Assembly: GCA_965227295.1 (NCBI GenBank)
Contig: OZ245742.1
Coordinates: 4,224,001 to 4,288,000 of the forward strand
DNA length: 64,000 nucleotides
DNA from: Leptonemataceae bacterium
Lineage (GTDB): Bacteria; Spirochaetota; Leptospiria; Leptospirales; Leptonemataceae
Direction: 5' to 3'
Shown here in pieces: positions 19,654 to 29,303 of this stretch (positions are counted from its first letter, which is position 1; each line of letters opens with the position of its first letter). The notes beneath the pieces are model-generated. The model was not told the DNA's origin and did no database searches. It was given only the letters and a program-made list of their open reading frames with translations. The position numbers and the translations under genes are program-made.

Positions 19654-20620
19654 ATTTGCGGGCCACCGTACGGATTAGATCTCGATCGTCCCCGGCCAGC
19701 AAGCCTTCCTGCACGAACTTCTGCAGCATGAGATCGCCGGTTTCCTCATCCGGCGCTCTTTGCATGAGGCCGTAGATTAAGTCCAGTGAAAGTTTACGCC
19801 GCTCCGCCGGCTTCTTGTCTTCGTCGCGCATGATCGTCCGAATGGACTGTACTTCCTGCTTTTCCGCATCGAGAAAATTCGCCAGCGTGGAAAGGCGGCT
19901 TTGTACACTGTCCGGCAGATTTGAGAAGATACCCTGGCGCAGGTACGGAGCATAGTTCCGGCGAAAGCGTATGCGAAACCATTCGTCGGGCATGAATCGC
20001 AACAGCACGGGCTTGCGGTCGGCGATCTCGTCCAGTGCCGCCGCCTGCACTTCCTCGGACGAAAAGAACAGCAGGCCCACCGTAACGTGCAGGTTTCGAT
20101 CCGCCGTCATGGCAAGGACCTTTGCCCGGCGCTCCGGAGAAACGTTGTCCAGCGCAGCGAAGTACAAACGGCCGGACGCTTCACGAAACGTATCCCCCAT
20201 GGCGATGACGCGTTGGGTGAACTCGGGGATTTCCTCCTGCTCCGTCGGGCGATCACTGATTTCCAGAAATAACGAGAGGTCCGTAAAATCGCCGCCTACC
20301 CGCGCAATGTTACCCACTTCACGGATCAACAGCGTGCGCAGTTCTTCTTCGACGATGTAGACCAGGGCGGAATCGGTAAGTTTGCTCAGGAGTTCGTTGG
20401 AACGTTTCGAATCCAGGATGTTCAGCAGGAAGATAATGAAGTCCGAGTACTTCTGAACGAAGTTCTCAATGACGTGGGGCTCCAGCTCCGACAGCAGGCG
20501 GTACGACTTCCGGATTTCCAGGAGATTGATCTCCCGAAAAACACCGGCCGCGTACTCGAGAAACTCATCCGATTCCCCGCTGTCGGCACCGGAAGGAGAC
20601 TGAGGCGAGTCCGGGAGCAT
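19652..20620 (-). CDS. Hypothetical helical protein
   Basis: 322-aa ORF with genome-typical codon usage; no family recognised. Confidence 0.7.
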   Translation of the reverse strand: MLPDSPQSPSGADSGESDEFLEYAAGVFREINLLEIRKSYRLLSELEPHVIENFVQKYSDFIIFLLNILDSKRSNELLSKLTDSALVYIVEEELRTLLIREVGNIARVGGDFTDLSLFLEISDRPTEQEEIPEFTQRVIAMGDTFREASGRLYFAALDNVSPERRAKVLAMTADRNLHVTVGLLFFSSEEVQAAALDEIADRKPVLLRFMPDEWFRIRFRRNYAPYLRQGIFSNLPDSVQSRLSTLANFLDAEKQEVQSIRTIMRDEDKKPAERRKLSLDLIYGLMQRAPDEETGDLMLQKFVQEGLLAGDDRDLIRTVARK

Positions 20621-20775
20621 AGCTTGAAAATTAGACGGAAATTCCGTCTGCTAAGCCCTTCGGATTTTTCAGGCCCAGGCGACAACTATGATTCTGGTTT
20701 CGCCGGAAAACCTCCTCCCGTTAGCATCAGTTTTTACAATATTAACAGCAAACGCGGCCGGATTCCGCTCTGCCG

Positions 20776-21684
20776 TCATTCAAACAGCGAATGATTGCGT
20801 TCGCCTTCCACGGCCTGGCGAATGTCTTCGATGATTTGCCGGGCCTGGTCCGTCCAGGTGGAGTCCTCGTCCAGCGCGGCGTAGTGCTCGAAACATTCCA
20901 GGGCCTGCTCGAAGTACTTGAGCGAGTAGTAGAGCAAACCCAGATTGTAGTAGGCCTCGGGAAACTCCGGATCCAGTTCAATGCAGCTCTGGAAGTAACG
21001 AATGGCGGCGGCGTAGCGTTTTTCTTTGAAGTGAATGTTGGCGACGTTGTAGAGGGCCTCGACGCAGTCCGGATAGAGTTCCAGTGCCCGCTCGTAGTAA
21101 TGCAGGGCGTCGGCAGTCTTGTGATGTTCAAAGCAGAGATTGCCGAACTCGATGAGCGCGGCGACGTGATCCGGTTTCTCGCGGATGATTTCTTCCAGCA
21201 CCTGGCTGACCAGGCGAAAGTTGCCGGTGCCCAGCACTTTCAGGTAACGTTCTTCGAGACCCAGGACCGCGGGATCTTCCCCGAAGCCGCCCTCCCCCGA
21301 CGGCTCCGGGTGCAGGGGGCGGACATCACCGGAGTTCTTCCCGTCCCCCTCGTAGCGGAAATACAACTGCCCGGTCTCCGGATGCAGGAGCCGGCCCTGG
21401 TCCTTTCTTAATAAAGTACCGCTGCCATGCAGAGAAAGCCGATTGTGCCAGTCGGCCTCCGCCTCGTTTTCCACGATGCGACGGATGCGTTGGAGAGACA
21501 GGCCCTGCTTGCGAAAACTCGCAATGAGGCGAATGCGGACCAGATCCTGAAACGAAAGATCCCCGGGGTCGTCGGACACGCCGGGGCGCTCCGGCCCGAG
21601 TCCGGTCAAAAGACCGGTCTTACGCCAGTAGTCGATGTAGTGACGGGGGACCGCCAGTTTCAGCGCCGCTTCGGATACCTTCAC
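20776..21684 (-). CDS. MerR-like HTH plus TPR-repeat protein
   Basis: IDYWRKTGLL..SFQDLVRIRLIASFRKQGLSLQRIR (MerR-like); TPRs such as PEAYYNLGLLYY; GTG start inferred. Confidence 0.8.
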   Translation of the reverse strand: MKVSEAALKLAVPRHYIDYWRKTGLLTGLGPERPGVSDDPGDLSFQDLVRIRLIASFRKQGLSLQRIRRIVENEAEADWHNRLSLHGSGTLLRKDQGRLLHPETGQLYFRYEGDGKNSGDVRPLHPEPSGEGGFGEDPAVLGLEERYLKVLGTGNFRLVSQVLEEIIREKPDHVAALIEFGNLCFEHHKTADALHYYERALELYPDCVEALYNVANIHFKEKRYAAAIRYFQSCIELDPEFPEAYYNLGLLYYSLKYFEQALECFEHYAALDEDSTWTDQARQIIEDIRQAVEGERNHSLFE

Positions 21685-21801
21685 CGCTATGCTCCATCCC
21701 CTGGTTTTTTTGTTCGCCGCGGGCCAAAAATCAGAGCGGCAAGGGGCTGCAATGCTTGCCAGAGGCGCCGCCCTGATGCACTCTGCCCGGGAGCCCCGGG
21801 G

Positions 21802-21841
21802 GATTATGTCTCTTGAAGAGTTTCGGGACATAATCTATACT
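21802..21841 (+). promoter_or_regulatory. Sigma70-type dnaE promoter overlapped by an inverted repeat
   Basis: TTGAAG (21813)-N17-TATACT (21836); GATTATGTC-N16-GACATAATC at 21802-21835. Confidence 0.7.
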
Positions 21842-21922
21842 GTTCCCTGACCGTGTAAAGCACGAATATCCAGAATATCCCGGCCGGCGAATCAACGACA
21901 GGAAAGTTCTCAGGAGAAGGCG

Positions 21923-24900
21923 ATGCAATCAGCCGACGACAAATTCACGCATCTACATCTTCACACCTCATACAGCCTCCTCGACGGGGCCATACGTATT
22001 CCGTCGCTCATGAAGAAGGTCAGGGAACTGGGCATGGACGCCGTTGCCATGACCGACCACGGCAACATGTTCGGCGCCATCGAATTCTATCGTTCCGCCG
22101 TACAGGAAGGCGTGAAGCCCATCATCGGCCTGGAGTTCTACGTCGCCCCGGGGGATCGCCGGGAGAAGAAGGTCCTTGAGAAACTTGCCGACGGCAACAA
22201 CTATCATTTAATCATCCTCGCACAAAACGAAACCGGTTATCGCAACCTCATTCGCCTGGCCAGCCGCTCGTACACCGAGGGTTTTTATCGTAAACCCCGC
22301 ATCGACTACGATCTGCTCGCCGACCACTCCGAAGGCCTGGTCTGCCTCACGGCCTGCCTGGGTGGTGAAGTGCAACGCAAGGTCCTCGCCGGCAAACACG
22401 ATGAGGCCGCGCATCTTTCCGGCAAGTTACGAGAAATCTTCGGTCGCGATCGTTTTTACCTGGAGATCCAGAACCACGGCCTGCCCGAGGAAATGGAAGT
22501 CGCGAAGGCGCACATCGAAATCGCAAAACGCAACGACATTCAGATCGCACTGACAAACGACTCGCATTTTCTCACCCGGGACGATCAAATCGCCCAGGAC
22601 ATTCTGCTGCGCATCAATCAAAAGAAAAACATCGAGGACGAACTGCACTTCGGCTTCAATCCGGAGTTCTACGTTAAGTCGCCTCAGGAAATGCGCCGGT
22701 TATTCCCGGACATTCCGGACGCGTTCTACGCCACACAACGCATCAACGAAATGATCGACCTCAACTTCGAGTTCGGCAATCCCCTGCTGCCGAAGTTCGA
22801 GGTGCCCGCGGGTGAAACCCTGAACACGCACATGCGCAAGCTCGCCGAACAAGGCCTGCGCCAGCGTTACGGCACCATCACCAAACAAATTCAAGAGCGC
22901 TTCGAATTTGAGTACGGTGTCATCACGAACATGGACTTCGCCGGTTACTTTCTCATCGTTCAGGATTTCATCAACTGGGCGAAGCGCGAAGGCATTCCGG
23001 TGGGACCGGGCCGCGGTTCGGCGGCGGGCAGCATCGTGGCCTACGCCCTGGGTATTACGGACATTGAGCCGCTGCGCTTCGGCCTGCTCTTTGAACGTTT
23101 CCTGAATCCGGACCGCAAAGAAATGCCGGATATCGACGTCGACTTCTGCGCCGAACGACGCGAGGAAGTCATCAACTACGTGCGCGCGAAGTACGGTTCC
23201 GAGAAGGTCGGCCAGATCATCACCTACGGAACCATGGCCGCGAAGGCCTGTCTCAAAGACGTGGCCCGGGTGCTGAACATTCCCTTTGACGAAGCCAATA
23301 ACATTTCGAAAATGTTCCCGGACGTGCTGAACATCTCCATCGACGAGGCCGTAGACGCTTCAAAGGAACTGCGGGACTACAGCAACAGCGGCGAGGTCCA
23401 GAAGAAACTTTTCACGGTGGCGCGCACCCTCGAAGGCAACGTGCGTCACACCGGCGTGCACGCGGCCGGCGTGGTCATCGCACCGCAGCCGCTCGAAGAG
23501 CTCGTGCCACTCGCGACCATCGCCAACAAGTCCGAGAAAAACGGCGAACGCGTCGCGGTGTCGCAGTACGACATGAACGCTCTCACGGACGTCGGCCTGG
23601 TGAAGATGGACTTCCTCGGCCTGCGCAACTTAACGGTTATCTCGCACTGCGTGAAGGGCATCAAGGAACGCGGCGGTCCCGAGCTCGACATGTCCACCCT
23701 GCCCCAGGACGATAAAAAGGCCTACGAACTGCTCGGCCGCGGCGATGTGAAAGGCGTCTTTCAACTGGAGTCCAGCCCCGGCATGCGCGAGTTTGTGCTC
23801 CGACTCAAGCCCGAACGCTTCGAGGATATTGTCGCTCTCATCGCCCTGTTTCGCCCCGGCCCGCTCATGGCCGGCATGGCGGATTCGTTCATCAACCGCA
23901 AGAAGGGCCGCGAGAAAGTCGTCTACCCGCATAAGGATCTGGAAGATGTCCTCTCCGATACCTACGGGGTCATCGTCTACCAGGAGCAGGTCATGCTCAT
24001 CTCCCGCGTGATCGGCGGTTTCTCCCCGGCCGAAGCGGACGCGCTCCGTAAGGCCATGGGTAAAAAGATTCACGACAAAATGGCCGCCATGCGCGTGAAG
24101 TTCATCGAGGGCGGCATCGCACGCGGCTACGGAGAAAAGTTTTCCGCCGATCTCTACGACCAGATGGCCCAGTTCGCGAGCTACGGTTTCAACAAGTCGC
24201 ACTCGGCGGCCTACGCGTACATCGTCTACCAGACCGCGTATCTCAAAGCGAACTTTCCCACGGACTACATGCGCGCGGTCCTCAACACGGAACTGGACCG
24301 CACCGAAAAACTGGTCAACTACATCGCCGACTGCAAGAACATGAACATCGAGATCCTGGGGCCCGACGTCAACGAGTCCGGCCACGGCTTCGCCTACGTC
24401 AAAGAAGGCACGCTGCGTTTCGGTCTCGGCGCCGTGAAAAACGTCGGGGATCCGGCGGTGGAAAGCATTCGGGAACAACGCAGCGAAGTTGACGGCGGCA
24501 GGTACACGTCGCTCTTTCAGTTCATGGAGTACGTGGACCTGCGGCAGTGCAACCGCCGCGCCATGGAATCGCTGATCTACGCCGGCGCCTTCGATAACCT
24601 GGGTTACACGCGTAAGGCGTTGATCGAAGGACTGGATGTGGCCTTTCATCACGGCCAGCAGCACCAGGCCGACCGCGAATCCGGGCAGAACTCGCTCTTC
24701 GGTGCCCTCGAAGGTTCGGCCGGCATGGCCGCCCAGGAGCCGATTCCCCGCGGCGAGGACGTCAACGAATTCGATTCCACGGAACTCCTGAAGCTCGAAA
24801 AAGAAGTCCTCGGTTTTTATTTCAGCGGACACCCCTTAAAGAAGTACGAGCGTACCTTAAAGAAAATCCGGGCCATCCCCATCGGCGCGTTGCCGGAAAT

Positions 24901-25498
24901 CGCCAGCGGCGCGAAGGTCGAGGTGGCCGGCGTAATCTCGGACTACAGCATTCGACTGACAAAAAGCGGCAAGGAGATGGCCCGCCTGAACATCGAGGAT
25001 ATGACCGGCACGGTGGAAGCAGTGATCTTTCCCTCGGCCTTCGAACGCATCAAACGCGACCTGGTAAAAGACACCCCGCTCTTCATCAAAGGTAATCTGG
25101 AGAAACGCGAGGACACGGGCACGCCGAACATGATCGTAAACGCCCTCGGGCCGTTGAACCACGACTCCTTAGAGGAAAAACAGGAGAAGGCCCTGCACCT
25201 CAAGCTCTCTCCGAACGCCCTGGATCCCAACTCCCTCGTCCAGTTGCAAACGATCCTGCGCGGCTCCCGGGGGAACTTGAGCGTCTACTTTCACCTGCAA
25301 CGCGGCAACAATGAGGACGACACCATGGTCATCCGCGCCCACGACAGCTTCAACGTAAACTTCACCCAGGAACTTTGCGACCGCCTCGCGCGATTGGATC
25401 AGGTGCAGGGCATTTACATCTCGGTGGGCGGCAACATCCATCGCCGCTACGACGTGAACTGTGCGAAGAACGAACAGCGGGCCGTGGTTTCGGCGTGA
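21923..25498 (+). CDS. dnaE: DNA polymerase III alpha subunit
   Basis: HLHLHTSYSLLDG PHP domain, GPGRGSAAGS, PDIDVDF, YGFNKSHS, OB fold. Confidence 0.98.
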   Translation: MQSADDKFTHLHLHTSYSLLDGAIRIPSLMKKVRELGMDAVAMTDHGNMFGAIEFYRSAVQEGVKPIIGLEFYVAPGDRREKKVLEKLADGNNYHLIILAQNETGYRNLIRLASRSYTEGFYRKPRIDYDLLADHSEGLVCLTACLGGEVQRKVLAGKHDEAAHLSGKLREIFGRDRFYLEIQNHGLPEEMEVAKAHIEIAKRNDIQIALTNDSHFLTRDDQIAQDILLRINQKKNIEDELHFGFNPEFYVKSPQEMRRLFPDIPDAFYATQRINEMIDLNFEFGNPLLPKFEVPAGETLNTHMRKLAEQGLRQRYGTITKQIQERFEFEYGVITNMDFAGYFLIVQDFINWAKREGIPVGPGRGSAAGSIVAYALGITDIEPLRFGLLFERFLNPDRKEMPDIDVDFCAERREEVINYVRAKYGSEKVGQIITYGTMAAKACLKDVARVLNIPFDEANNISKMFPDVLNISIDEAVDASKELRDYSNSGEVQKKLFTVARTLEGNVRHTGVHAAGVVIAPQPLEELVPLATIANKSEKNGERVAVSQYDMNALTDVGLVKMDFLGLRNLTVISHCVKGIKERGGPELDMSTLPQDDKKAYELLGRGDVKGVFQLESSPGMREFVLRLKPERFEDIVALIALFRPGPLMAGMADSFINRKKGREKVVYPHKDLEDVLSDTYGVIVYQEQVMLISRVIGGFSPAEADALRKAMGKKIHDKMAAMRVKFIEGGIARGYGEKFSADLYDQMAQFASYGFNKSHSAAYAYIVYQTAYLKANFPTDYMRAVLNTELDRTEKLVNYIADCKNMNIEILGPDVNESGHGFAYVKEGTLRFGLGAVKNVGDPAVESIREQRSEVDGGRYTSLFQFMEYVDLRQCNRRAMESLIYAGAFDNLGYTRKALIEGLDVAFHHGQQHQADRESGQNSLFGALEGSAGMAAQEPIPRGEDVNEFDSTELLKLEKEVLGFYFSGHPLKKYERTLKKIRAIPIGALPEIASGAKVEVAGVISDYSIRLTKSGKEMARLNIEDMTGTVEAVIFPSAFERIKRDLVKDTPLFIKGNLEKREDTGTPNMIVNALGPLNHDSLEEKQEKALHLKLSPNALDPNSLVQLQTILRGSRGNLSVYFHLQRGNNEDDTMVIRAHDSFNVNFTQELCDRLARLDQVQGIYISVGGNIHRRYDVNCAKNEQRAVVSA

Positions 25499-25916
25499 GT
25501 CGGTGGTTCTTCAGGAGCCGTGGTTCGCGGCGGCAGCCGTGAAAAACATGAGGTAGTTGCGGGATTTTTGAGGGAAGTTTATGGCTGCGGTTCGTCACGT
25601 CGGCCGTGAGAAATATAAAGTAAGTCGCCGCATGTGTGAGGGGCTTTTATGGCTACAGCTTTGCGGGAGCCTCAATCTCGCTTCGGCGAGATTGAGGGAT
25701 AGGCCGGGACATGTCCGCCTTCAGAAACGTTGTGGATTTTCGTTTTGTTAAGAATGCTGCGTTCGACCCGGACGCCGATTTGCGACTCCGCTCCCGTTGG
25801 CGACTCTTACAACGACGACGCCGGGCCGGTCCGCCCGGCCCGCGCTCCCCGGAATGGCCTCCACCCGTCATCTGGAACCAGTCGTACCCGGAAAATTCCC
25901 GTAACAATCTCTCAGG

Positions 25917-26936
25917 TTAATCTACGGTAAGCACAACCTTGCCGGTGTTCTTGCGATCCTGGATGAACTGATGCGCCTCCGCGGCCTGGCTTAACGGGAA
26001 GCTTGCAGCGATGTGCGGTTTGATCTTACCCACCTCGAACAAATCCACCAATTCAAGACCGATGTGGCGCAGAACCGGTAGCTCCTCCCACAGGTGACCC
26101 AGGTTCAAACCGAAGACGCCCTTGTTTTGATTGAGGAGGCTCAGCGGTTTGAACTTCGGCATCGAAAACACCGTGGTGAGCAGGCTGATCATGGAACGCC
26201 GCTTCCCCGTGGCCGCGCTGGAGATGCCGAACATCACCAGGCGTCCCAGACTCGCCAGAGAATCGTAGCTTTTTTGAAAAGACTTACCGCCTACCGCGTC
26301 AAGGATCAGATGGACGCCCTTGCCGTTCGTAATGCGACGCACCTCCGCCTCGAAGTCCTGCGTGCGATAGTCGATGGCGTGATGCAGTCCGTGTTCTTTC
26401 AGAAAAGCGTGTTTGCCCGCCGAAGCGGTACCGAAGATTTCCGCGTTCTTAAGTTGTGCGAGCTGAATCGCGGCAAGGCCCACGCCGCCGCCGGCCGAGT
26501 GGATTAAGAAACGTTCGCCTTCTTTTAAGTTGCCCTGAAAAAACATGCCCAGGTGCGCCGTGAAGTAGTTCACGGGAATGGCGGCGGCTTCTTCGAAGCT
26601 CGCATCTTTCGGCATGGCAAAGACCTGCTGCTCCGGCACGCTGACCACGGATGAATAACCGCCGAACCGCGTAATGGCGAAAACGCGATCGCCCGCTTTG
26701 AACTCGCGGACTCCGGCGCCCACGGCACTCACCGTACCCGCCACTTCATAGCCGACGACACAGGGAATCGGCGGCGCGTCGGGATACATACCCATGCGCG
26801 CCAGGATGTCGGCGAAGTTAATGCCCGTCGCACGCACGGCGATCAATACCTCGCCCTCCCCCGGCGTCGGGTCCGGCGCTTCGCGTAATTCGAGCACCTC
26901 CGGCGCTCCGGTTTTTGAAATCCAGATCTGTTGCAT
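25917..26936 (-). CDS. MDR-family quinone oxidoreductase (VAT-1-like)
   Basis: GINFADILARMGMYP, IHSAGGGVG, RKNTGKVVL. Confidence 0.9.
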   Translation of the reverse strand: MQQIWISKTGAPEVLELREAPDPTPGEGEVLIAVRATGINFADILARMGMYPDAPPIPCVVGYEVAGTVSAVGAGVREFKAGDRVFAITRFGGYSSVVSVPEQQVFAMPKDASFEEAAAIPVNYFTAHLGMFFQGNLKEGERFLIHSAGGGVGLAAIQLAQLKNAEIFGTASAGKHAFLKEHGLHHAIDYRTQDFEAEVRRITNGKGVHLILDAVGGKSFQKSYDSLASLGRLVMFGISSAATGKRRSMISLLTTVFSMPKFKPLSLLNQNKGVFGLNLGHLWEELPVLRHIGLELVDLFEVGKIKPHIAASFPLSQAAEAHQFIQDRKNTGKVVLTVD

Positions 26937-26937
26937 A

Positions 26938-27285
26938 TCAGGCCGCCTCGTAATCGGTGATGAGTGCGACCACGATGATGATCGCGCCGTAGCCGGCAAA
27001 GAAGTAGAGCGCCATGGTATCGCCGCTGAAACCCACGAGAAACGGCAGGGCGATCAAGGCCGGACCGATGATTCGTTCCATCCAGCCGTGGATCGGGAAC
27101 GGAATGAGTCGCAACAAACCGAGGGGCATGGCCGTCGCCAGAGAAATCAACAGATGGCCGCCGGCCAGGGCATAGGCGATGAGTCGCGGCACTTCGCCGA
27201 AGCTCAGCAGCGAGGGAGCGGCCAGAAAGATGAGCACGGTGGCGTAATCGAGCACGCCGTGGAACGAGGGACTGATCAATTTCAT
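26938..27285 (-). CDS. Small 4-TM membrane protein (SPW-repeat-like)
   Basis: ISPSFHGVLDY..IPFPIHGWME..ALITDY pattern; coupled to the oxidoreductase gene. Confidence 0.75.
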   Translation of the reverse strand: MKLISPSFHGVLDYATVLIFLAAPSLLSFGEVPRLIAYALAGGHLLISLATAMPLGLLRLIPFPIHGWMERIIGPALIALPFLVGFSGDTMALYFFAGYGAIIIVVALITDYEAA

Positions 27286-27489
27286 ATACATTGCGGTAAC
27301 ATGACAAACCGCTGCTTGCAACAAGTTTCGCGGAATGAATATTTCATTGTAAATTTTAAAGTGCCGCACCCCCCGGCCGACCACTGTGGGTCGGCGAAAC
27401 CGGTAACGCCCAGTTCGGCGGCGAGCCCGGGGTCTCGGACGCCTACATCGGCGGCCTGTGGTGGCTGGATCAACTCGCCGCAATTTCCG

Positions 27490-27678
27490 GAACAGCGCAC
27501 GGTCTATGTCGTAAATACCGACGACGTGCTGGGGCAAATCGTCCGTGTCAACGGCACCACCCTGAATGTCGGCGCGGACGGCACACCACCGCCGATCCGT
27601 TCTTTCGGCGCCCCTCTCGCAACGGACATGGATGTCCTGGTCCCGCCCCTGGGCTATGTTTTTCTCGAAGGACGTTAA
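27490..27678 (+). pseudogene. Possible C-terminal remnant of a GH79/heparanase-like gene
   Basis: VYVVNTDDVLGQIVRVNGTTLNVGADGTPPPI..VPPLGYVFL; no credible start or catalytic domain. Confidence 0.35.
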
Positions 27679-28313
27679 GGCGAACCGTAACGTTTCGCGT
27701 CCCGCACGGATCCTTCGGCGATCAAAAGCTGTGCCGCATAGTAGGTCAGCATGATCGCCAGGCCGGCGTAGGGTACGGGAGCGACGAAGTTCTTCTGCGC
27801 GATCAACGAGTCCGAGGACATGAAGATCACGGCACCGAAATAAACCGTGAGCGCCGACGGTCTCCGAAAAGCCGCGGATACCGTCATCAGGGCAATCACA
27901 CCGACATATGCAAAGACCGGGCCGGTCATGGCTCCAAGGTGCGGCGCGATATGATAGCCGACCAGCGAGACGAGTATCACCGCCGCGCCGGCAGGAATGA
28001 TCCTGGCCGGACGAAAGTGAAACTGCATGAAGAAACTCGAAGTATAAAGCACGTGCGCCGTGAAGAAAGCGGCCAGCCCCAAAAGAAACGAAGATGCCAG
28101 GGGCAAGGATAGAATGATGTCCCCCACCGAAGAGGCAATCAGGCCGGCGAAAAGCAGTCGTCCCTTGCTGTCGTCGAGATTCAGAAAAACCCTGGCGGCC
28201 AGGGCCCAGATGGGAACGGCCTTCAGGAACGCGAAGAATATGCCCGTTTCAAAGAACGTGAGAATACAGACCAGCACGCTGCTGATCGCGAAGAGAATCA
28301 GAAGGGCCGGCAC
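27675..28313 (-). CDS. YhhN/TMEM86 lysoplasmalogenase-family membrane protein
   Basis: SSVGDIIL, GLAAFFTAH, GAVIFMSSDSLIA, MLTYYAAQ. Confidence 0.9.
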   Translation of the reverse strand: MPALLILFAISSVLVCILTFFETGIFFAFLKAVPIWALAARVFLNLDDSKGRLLFAGLIASSVGDIILSLPLASSFLLGLAAFFTAHVLYTSSFFMQFHFRPARIIPAGAAVILVSLVGYHIAPHLGAMTGPVFAYVGVIALMTVSAAFRRPSALTVYFGAVIFMSSDSLIAQKNFVAPVPYAGLAIMLTYYAAQLLIAEGSVRDAKRYGSP

Positions 28314-28323
28314 AACGAACGAC

Positions 28324-29121
28324 TCAGACGCGCACGACGATGGAGCAACTGTGTTCTAAGGCGCCGGAAAAATCTAACCGGTATTCACCTTCGGTTAAGT
28401 GCTCGAAGCTGAGCGACGGACGCCCGGACGCGAAGGACTGCGAGTCCACGGTGCGTCCGTCCTGTTTTAAGGCCAGGCGCGTTTTCCAGTATCCGTCCGG
28501 GCAGGTGACGATCAGCGTGAGGCGTTCGTCGGATTCAGCCAGGATCTGAAACTGAAGGCGGGCGGTGGAGTTCGGGAGAGATTGAGAAAAAACGAGGTGA
28601 GAAGTGCGGGCGGAGGGAATGGCGGCGTTGCGGGTGGCGAGCAGGGTTTCGTCTTCGAGAAACAAACCCTGCCACGCGGACTTCACCGCACGCAGGCCCT
28701 CGCCGAGATGCAGGATTAACGCGGGCACCTCGGGCTGCTCCGTCTGCGCATCCTGAGCGAGGACGCGGCCCATGACGTGGCGCAGCGCTTCCGGAAGTTC
28801 CTGCCGTCCGGCGTCCGTGCGACTCATGAGATCGCCGGCGAAGTAGGCCGCCAGGACGGCTTCCTGATCCGCCCGGGCCAGGCTGTCCGGGAAAGACCCG
28901 GTACGTCTGAGTTCGTCGGCGAGCTGTGAGATTTCGTTTTCGCGGTCGGCGGGAAGCGCGGTGTGCTGCAGGGAGAGACAGGATACCAGGCCCTCTTCCA
29001 GGGCGAAGAGGCTCCGGCGGTGTTCGGGGCTTATTCGGTCCGGATGTTGATAGAGAGACTCGGGGTCCTCAACAAAAAGTCTGTCCATTTCAGGACCGCC
29101 GGCTTCGTTCGATGATTTCAT
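28324..29121 (-). CDS. Hypothetical protein, candidate anti-sigma factor
   Basis: Downstream of the sigma gene; C-terminal Ig-like LTEGEYRLDF segment. Confidence 0.55.
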   Translation of the reverse strand: MKSSNEAGGPEMDRLFVEDPESLYQHPDRISPEHRRSLFALEEGLVSCLSLQHTALPADRENEISQLADELRRTGSFPDSLARADQEAVLAAYFAGDLMSRTDAGRQELPEALRHVMGRVLAQDAQTEQPEVPALILHLGEGLRAVKSAWQGLFLEDETLLATRNAAIPSARTSHLVFSQSLPNSTARLQFQILAESDERLTLIVTCPDGYWKTRLALKQDGRTVDSQSFASGRPSLSFEHLTEGEYRLDFSGALEHSCSIVVRV

Positions 29122-29303
29122 GTTTTGCTCGCATGGGCCGCTGATTTAAGGGCTGAGCCCGGCGGCATGGTTTGGACTACCTGATTCCCTGTTTCTCTCT
29201 GTTGATCTATACGACGGTGACGGAAATATTTTCCTTAGGGTTCCACCCGATTTTTCCTGACCCTGGCCGGAAAAAGATCTGAAAAATGGCCGTTTTCAGT
29301 GGT

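Noticed and set aside
21802..21835. dif site
   Set aside because: Contains CATAAT/ATTATG but in the wrong order and with a 16-bp spacer, not the 11-6-11 layout.
21923..25498. Intein or split in dnaE
   Set aside because: Length and motifs are continuous; no intein signature seen.
25499..25916. Short ORFs or ncRNA in the gap after dnaE
   Set aside because: No RBS, motif or convincing structure.
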